Virus record (IMG/VR): IMGVR_UViG_3300009503_000024
DNA from: an uncultured virus (IMG/VR IMGVR_UViG_3300009503_000024)
Lineage: Duplodnaviria > Heunggongvirae > Uroviricota > Caudoviricetes
Strand: one strand, 5' to 3'
DNA: 64,000 nucleotides
In this document: in pieces, positions 58,690-64,000 of the stretch
Numbering within the stretch: the stretch's first letter is position 1
How the letters are laid out: every line of letters begins with the position of its first letter
Notes under the pieces: generated by a model
Databases searched by the model: none
What the model was told of the DNA's origin: nothing
What the model saw: only the letters and a program-made list of their open reading frames with translations
Program-made: the position numbers and the translations under genes

Positions 58690-58959
58690 TTATGGCAAAT
58701 ATGGACCAGATATAGGTATTACTGGTATAGGAATTCCATTAACAATAACTTGTCCTGCAATAATTTGAGTCATTTGCCATTGTGACCAAGTTAAATTTAT
58801 CGCTTCTGCTATAGCTTTTAATAATTTCTTTTGTTCATCAGTTAACTCTTGCGTATCTATAACATTTCCTTTATCATCATATGCTTTTTTAGTTAATCCA
58901 TTTGATATAAATGTTTGGACTAAATTATTTTGTATCATTTCAACTGTTGGTGCAGGCAT
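58690..58959 (-). CDS. Hypothetical virion protein
   Basis: Strong RBS, structural region. Confidence 0.65.
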   Translation of the reverse strand: MPAPTVEMIQNNLVQTFISNGLTKKAYDDKGNVIDTQELTDEQKKLLKAIAEAINLTWSQWQMTQIIAGQVIVNGIPIPVIPISGPYLP

Positions 58960-58973
58960 TATTTACCTCCTTT

Positions 58974-59336
58974 CTAATCTTGTTCAATATCATAATTTCT
59001 TCGTATTTTCTTCTTAAATTTACCTTGTTCAAATCTTCTTTTAAACCCAGCATATTTGTTATAAAACGTATGTGATATATCAGTTCTTGGCGGAAATTGG
59101 AAATTAACCTTTTCACCAACTCTTTCATCAGAACCTTTTATTTCTTTTTGATATAATTGTTTTAATTCTTTATCAAATTTTTTACCTAAATATTTGTATA
59201 AATTAGGTAAATCTAATTTTTTATCAATTGCATACATAACATCCTCTTTAGTAAATTCATTAGCAAAATTTTTATATACATTTTTTATATCACTTACATT
59301 ATTCAATAAATCTTTTATTGTAAATTTATTTTTCAT
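58974..59336 (-). CDS. Hypothetical protein
   Basis: ATGA-coupled ORF. Confidence 0.6.
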   Translation of the reverse strand: MKNKFTIKDLLNNVSDIKNVYKNFANEFTKEDVMYAIDKKLDLPNLYKYLGKKFDKELKQLYQKEIKGSDERVGEKVNFQFPPRTDISHTFYNKYAGFKRRFEQGKFKKKIRRNYDIEQD

Positions 59337-59521
59337 TTTAAATCATCTCCTATTTCAAAAGTTATTCTATCTTTAAATTCTTCTTGTTTTCCATTATTCC
59401 ATTGTTTTACAGATCTAAAATAACCTACTATTCTACTATAAACTTCACATTCTGTTCCTTTTATATTTTCTAATTCTTTTTCTAATTCTGCAATTCTTTT
59501 TAATGTTTCATATTTATCCAT
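59333..59521 (-). CDS. Stand-alone NrdD C-terminal glycyl-radical domain mini-protein
   Basis: CEVYSRIVGYFRSVKQWNNGKQEEFKDR. Confidence 0.85.
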   Translation of the reverse strand: MDKYETLKRIAELEKELENIKGTECEVYSRIVGYFRSVKQWNNGKQEEFKDRITFEIGDDLK

Positions 59522-59538
59522 TATAACTTCCTTTAATT

Positions 59539-60540
59539 TTAAAAGTTAATTCTATTAGTTTCATTATAACGTGGGTCATTAATTTGTTTTAATGCATTAT
59601 TAATTGTTTCTAATGAAACTATTCGTCTTATATCTGTTTCTGGTAAAATACTCATAGATATATCTTGTCTTGTTAAAATACTTCTAAAAGCGCCAGATAC
59701 CTGTACTTCATCAACAACATATTTATTGCCATCAAATTTTCTAATAATTAAATCACCAGTTCTTAAAATAGGTTCTGGTAAAGTCCAAGCATCATATGTT
59801 TGAGAAACTTTAAGCCCATAAACTACACCATCAAATTTTTTTGATGGTTTTTCATTAAACCTCAATAATACATTTATCGGTGGATAATAACCACCAACAA
59901 TACCAGTACCAAAACATAAAGAACATCTACTACGACCTCTAAAATCAGCATCAGCATCTGCTGTATTAGTGCATTTACAAGGAATACCTAGTGGATAATC
60001 ACTAGCCCATCTTCTCATATATACATAACATTCAATTCCACCATTTTGCAACATAAATTTAAAATCTGTTTGTATTCTCTTTAATACATCTTTCATTGTA
60101 TCTTCTATATTTCCTTGATCTGCTTCTGGAAAAACATAACTTGGTTCTATTGGACTTTTTTGCCCTTCAAAAAATAAACGTTCTTGTAATTTATAAACTG
60201 TTTGACCTTCTTCATTAATAAAAATTTCTATATCTTGCGTATTTTCTTTATTATTAATTATTTTACTAACCCAAAAATAAAATATAACATTTTGAGGAAA
60301 TATAGGTAATTTAAAATTAAATGAAGTTCCTGTTATAATTTGTTGATTAGCTTTATATTTCAATAGTGGAAATAAACTATAATAAACATTATAACCTTTT
60401 AAATATTTATCTGTTTCTGGTTCCCATTCAATATAAAATTCATCAAAAGCACCTTTATAAATACCACCATAAAGTGGATCGAATAATTGCTGTTGTTTAG
60501 CATCTGAAACTGTCGTTTTATCTAATTTTATAATTGCCAT
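59539..60540 (-). CDS. Head-tail/neck virion protein with FN3-like and zinc-binding parts
   Basis: W...KGYNVYYS; CKC...CSLCFGTGIVGGY. Confidence 0.55.
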   Translation of the reverse strand: MAIIKLDKTTVSDAKQQQLFDPLYGGIYKGAFDEFYIEWEPETDKYLKGYNVYYSLFPLLKYKANQQIITGTSFNFKLPIFPQNVIFYFWVSKIINNKENTQDIEIFINEEGQTVYKLQERLFFEGQKSPIEPSYVFPEADQGNIEDTMKDVLKRIQTDFKFMLQNGGIECYVYMRRWASDYPLGIPCKCTNTADADADFRGRSRCSLCFGTGIVGGYYPPINVLLRFNEKPSKKFDGVVYGLKVSQTYDAWTLPEPILRTGDLIIRKFDGNKYVVDEVQVSGAFRSILTRQDISMSILPETDIRRIVSLETINNALKQINDPRYNETNRINF

Positions 60541-60549
60541 TTTATCCTC

Positions 60550-60795
60550 TTATTTATTATCTTCTTTTTTATTATAAACATGATCGCCAATTACATTACC
60601 AGTTGCATAAGCAATAAATATTGCAACTATAGCTCCTACACAACTTATAAAAGCTTGCAACGCTAATGCTTCAGATAATTTGTAAAGACACCAAACTCCC
60701 ATAATCGCTATTATTAAAATACTAAATAAACAAGCAATAAATTTTTTTGAAGTCAAATTTTTTATTATATTATTTATTATTTCCATTTTTATCAC
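60550..60795 (-). CDS. Small two-TM protein, holin-like
   Basis: KNLTSKKF followed by two TM helices and charged tail. Confidence 0.6.
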   Translation of the reverse strand: MIKMEIINNIIKNLTSKKFIACLFSILIIAIMGVWCLYKLSEALALQAFISCVGAIVAIFIAYATGNVIGDHVYNKKEDNK

Positions 60796-61291
60796 CTACC
60801 AATTTATAATTATTATTATTTAATAATTCTTTTAATTTAAGTTCAGCATTAATTTTATAAAAAAATTCATATTTTTTATTTGCTGCATCTATTACATACC
60901 ATTTTTGTTTTGGTTTGTAAAAATAAAATTCTATTTTTTCTTTTTGAGACGTTTCATATATTTTTAACTCATCAATTTCGTTTTCATTAACACTACTTCT
61001 TAATTTAAATTTAGATTTTTTTATTCTTTTTTTACGTTTTTCTTCTTCATCTTTTAACCCTTGTTGTAATAAATTTATTGCTTCTTTAATTTTTTGATTT
61101 TGAACAAAAGGAGCTAATAAATTTATAATATTCTTAATAAAAGTATTATCGAGTATTTGCTCAACCCAACCAGCTTCTATTAAAACTTTTGCTGTTTGTA
61201 TTTTTTTCTTATAATTTTCATTATAAGTCATTAAATGCGCTTTTTCTATGTTTGCAATAATAAGTTTATATTTTTTTTTATCAAACTGCAT
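60770..61291 (-). CDS. Hypothetical protein
   Basis: ORF in structural region. Confidence 0.65.
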   Translation of the reverse strand: MQFDKKKYKLIIANIEKAHLMTYNENYKKKIQTAKVLIEAGWVEQILDNTFIKNIINLLAPFVQNQKIKEAINLLQQGLKDEEEKRKKRIKKSKFKLRSSVNENEIDELKIYETSQKEKIEFYFYKPKQKWYVIDAANKKYEFFYKINAELKLKELLNNNNYKLVGDKNGNNK

Positions 61292-61316
61292 AATAATTAC
61301 ACCTAATTAAAATTGT

Positions 61317-61820
61317 TTAGAAATTCCAACCAAAAGTAGCTCTAATAAATTGACCTAATTGAGATTGATAACGAGGACTTGCCAAAACAACTGTTCCTAT
61401 AGGTAAATTACGTTTTACTAATTTAATTTTTTCAATATAAATTTTATAAAAATTTTCATGCGCTGTACCTAATTTTCCAACTCTATCTAACGTTAAACTT
61501 AAACCATTATCACTATAAGAAAAATCATTCATAGTCCATTTCATTTGCATAAATAAATTTGTATACATCATTACACCATTTATTAAAATCGCATCAAGAG
61601 AACGCGGCCAAGTCTCTAATGTATAACCTGTAAACGGTGGATAAATATTGAAATCTTGTATTACTAATTCTACATATGCTAACGTTTTTTTGTCTCTTAT
61701 ATCTTTATCCTTTTCAACATCATAAAAAGGTTTTGGTAATACAGTATAAATTTTTTCTAATATTTCATAATATTTTTTATTTAATCCTGTATCTGGTTGA
61801 GTATTACTCTGTATTGTCAT
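61317..61820 (-). CDS. Probable head-tail adaptor protein
   Basis: DFN.YPP.T, FSYSDNGLSLTLDR; position. Confidence 0.5.
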   Translation of the reverse strand: MTIQSNTQPDTGLNKKYYEILEKIYTVLPKPFYDVEKDKDIRDKKTLAYVELVIQDFNIYPPFTGYTLETWPRSLDAILINGVMMYTNLFMQMKWTMNDFSYSDNGLSLTLDRVGKLGTAHENFYKIYIEKIKLVKRNLPIGTVVLASPRYQSQLGQFIRATFGWNF

Positions 61821-61829
61821 TTTTCACCT

Positions 61830-62204
61830 TTATACTAATTCATCACCTTGTATTATTTCTAATTTAACATCATTTTCAGGATCTTCATTAAATATAGAAA
61901 CAGAAGTTATAGCAGTCCCGGAAATAACTAACTGTCCATTAATAGTAATTAAATCATCAGAACCATTTACACTTATTTTTACTGGTCTATTTGTTATTAT
62001 TGCTAAATATTCTATTGTATCAGCAATTAGATTTAAAGTTTTTATAGTAGGAATAGGTGCCCCTTCTACCGCTTTATTAACATAATCAATATCATATCTT
62101 GTTTTTTTATAATAAAGTATAGGTTCTTTTTTCATATAACCAATTCTTACATTGTTATTATCATAAATTTCAATTTGTGTTGTCGATATTAATGTATCAG
62201 CCAT
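61830..62204 (-). CDS. Hypothetical beta-rich virion protein
   Basis: AAGGAG RBS, structural region. Confidence 0.65.
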   Translation of the reverse strand: MADTLISTTQIEIYDNNNVRIGYMKKEPILYYKKTRYDIDYVNKAVEGAPIPTIKTLNLIADTIEYLAIITNRPVKISVNGSDDLITINGQLVISGTAITSVSIFNEDPENDVKLEIIQGDELV

Positions 62205-62218
62205 AAATAATTCCTCCT

Positions 62219-62905
62219 TTATCTAACAATTTCACCAGATATAGAAACTGAATGATAACCAGTAGAACCATTTTCTAAAACAACTTTAAAAATAGAACCT
62301 GCTGGTATTGGTATTTTGGTTGTAAAAATTTGTCCACTCGTAGAATTAGAATTATAAGAATATCTTCTAACTATTGAACCATTTATATAAACTGCCACAT
62401 TTCCATTAACTTCACCGGTAACAATTATCTCTGTTAAATTTATTTGATTTGAAAAAGTTGTATTTACAATATTTCCACCTACTGAAGCAACATTAGTGCG
62501 CCACGAATTAAAATATAATTTCCCTTTATACATAAAACCATCTCTATCTACCATCGTTTGATTTATAACTGGTATTGCTGTTATTGTTAAATTTGCACTA
62601 GCATAAGGTACAGGACCATTTATTTCAACAGCACTTATATAATAAATAGTTGAAATATTACTTGAATCAAATTGAACAGTAGTTGTCACAGAATTAGCAT
62701 CAATTTTAGAATTAAGAAAATTTGTAATAAAAGCACTCTTACCATTTACTATAATTGAAAACGTTGTTCCACCACTACGCTGTCTTGGTATCGCAATAAC
62801 AGCTTTGTCTGAATAAACATCAACCAATCTTAAGTTAAAATCAGCTGAATAACTAAATGTAATACATGTTAAAAATATTAAACTTAAAATTAACTTTTTC
62901 ATCAA
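62219..62905 (-). CDS. Secreted beta-sandwich protein with signal peptide
   Basis: MKKLILSLIFLTCITFSYSA. Confidence 0.75.
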   Translation of the reverse strand: MMKKLILSLIFLTCITFSYSADFNLRLVDVYSDKAVIAIPRQRSGGTTFSIIVNGKSAFITNFLNSKIDANSVTTTVQFDSSNISTIYYISAVEINGPVPYASANLTITAIPVINQTMVDRDGFMYKGKLYFNSWRTNVASVGGNIVNTTFSNQINLTEIIVTGEVNGNVAVYINGSIVRRYSYNSNSTSGQIFTTKIPIPAGSIFKVVLENGSTGYHSVSISGEIVR

Positions 62906-62923
62906 AAACCTCCTTTATTTATT

Positions 62924-62941
62924 AAATATCTAAAAATAACT
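62924..62941 (-). promoter_or_regulatory. Late-type promoter-like motif (class 3)
   Basis: AGTTATTTTT-AGA-TATTT-AATAAATA, directly before AAGGAGG. Confidence 0.7.
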
Positions 62942-64000
62942 ATCTTATCCACCAAAACAATCTGTTTATTTCGTCAGAAGTTTGTTTTATTATTGTAGGA
63001 GTTATTGTAGGTGTAAAAGTTGGTGTAAAAGTTGGTGTAACGTCTATTCCACAATATTCATAACTTAATAAAGAACCATTATAAGAAGCAAGCCCTATAA
63101 CACCTTTAGAACCATCTTGCATTTGAACGGCAAATGCAATATAAGACCTATTATTACACTCTACCACACCACCACTATCACCAATTTGGTTCCAACCACC
63201 TGGAGCCCAATTGCTATAAGGTGGAGCCAAACTAATAGAATAATCATTATCAAATTGCCAATTAAATAAATCATAACTTCTTGTATGATGTATGGGTCCT
63301 GACCAACCTATTCCCAACCATTCATGGTAAAAATCACCAATTTTCTGTAAGTTCCTATTATGAGACCAAATATTGCACATATTTAAATTAAACATTATTT
63401 CTTGCAACGAAACTGGGCTGTAAGGATAAAAAGTATCTCCATTATCCGTTGACCTAAATATCCAAGAATAATAGTTAGGATACATACTGCAAGGTCCAAA
63501 ATTAGAAGATACTTGTAATTCTACAAGAGCAATCCATTCATTATTTCCAACTTTAACAATTCCTGGGTTATAATAACTTACATATTGACCCACATATAAA
63601 GAATAAGGTGCCATAGATGATAAACTTATAGCAGTAGCAGTTAATGAATAAGTATATCCATTATCATAACTATCTGCCCTATCTATATTTCCAGTAGCCC
63701 CATTTTTAAAATAAATTCGTGTTTTTCCATTTCCCATATAAACTTCCCCACAACTAACTGCTTTACTTATTCCTGCTACTCCATCTCCAACTATTACACC
63801 TTGCCTTGTCCAATTTCCGCCAGTAATTGGGTCTAATTGATTCGTTGTATATAAAACAATCCTATATTTTTGTAAAGGGTTATTTTCTTCAGAAACTAAT
63901 AAATGATATTTTTTATCAACAGGATGATAGGTTAAACAAGGTTCCGTTAAAAGCACTATATTTTCTGTTGCATTAGGAGTTAATATAGGACTTGGAACAG
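62940..64000 (-). CDS. Beta-propeller glycoside hydrolase/sialidase-like protein, 5' end outside window
   Basis: Asp-box-like SYDNGYTY, STDNGDTF, SYDLFNW; TPTFTPTFTPTITPT linker; frame open to window end. Confidence 0.65.
   Translation of the reverse strand, partial: VPSPILTPNATENIVLLTEPCLTYHPVDKKYHLLVSEENNPLQKYRIVLYTTNQLDPITGGNWTRQGVIVGDGVAGISKAVSCGEVYMGNGKTRIYFKNGATGNIDRADSYDNGYTYSLTATAISLSSMAPYSLYVGQYVSYYNPGIVKVGNNEWIALVELQVSSNFGPCSMYPNYYSWIFRSTDNGDTFYPYSPVSLQEIMFNLNMCNIWSHNRNLQKIGDFYHEWLGIGWSGPIHHTRSYDLFNWQFDNDYSISLAPPYSNWAPGGWNQIGDSGGVVECNNRSYIAFAVQMQDGSKGVIGLASYNGSLLSYEYCGIDVTPTFTPTFTPTITPTIIKQTSDEINRLFWWIR

Noticed and set aside
2968..61867. All plus-strand ORFs in the track (e.g. 19285-19653, 38779-39225)
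   Set aside because: Antisense shadows of well-supported minus-strand genes or of the repeat; low-complexity F/L/I/S composition, no RBS.
1..64000. Alternative genetic code (stop codon reassignment)
   Set aside because: Conserved genes are full length under code 11 and TAA, TAG and TGA all end genes; only one isolated in-frame stop was seen.
1..64000. Integrase, transposase, intron or intein
   Set aside because: No such motifs recognised; DnaE, DnaB and RecA have no large insertions.

Overview
A 64-kb segment of a large, very AT-rich bacteriophage with a contractile tail (myovirus morphotype). All convincing genes lie on the minus strand. Read in transcription direction (right to left), it has four blocks. 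(1) Secreted/virion accessory and head-tail genes, tail sheath, two tube-like genes, a tail chaperone with an A14 -1 frameshift site, tape measure, baseplate and fibre genes (~63-41 kb). (2) A patatin phospholipase and a non-coding 8-bp iteron array, a likely replication origin (~39 kb). (3) A self-sufficient replication/recombination block: SF2 helicase, DnaB, 5'-3' exonuclease, split DnaG, DnaE, SSB-like proteins, SbcCD, RecA, RusA, ATP-dependent ligase, plus GroES. (4) Small accessory genes. The most striking element is a translationally coupled operon (26762-32452) encoding a U32-family Fe-S hydroxylase, dCMP deaminase, UDG-like protein, dNMP kinase, one clear and one tentative glycosyltransferase, and UDP-galactopyranose mutase, with a gp56-like dCTPase/dUTPase nearby. 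I infer a DNA hypermodification pathway adding galactofuranose to a 5-hydroxypyrimidine. Also notable are a GGDEF diguanylate cyclase-HAD fusion behind a late-type promoter motif, a stand-alone NrdD glycyl-radical mini-protein, and three distinct promoter-like motif classes. All functional calls come from motif recognition by eye; no searches were run.
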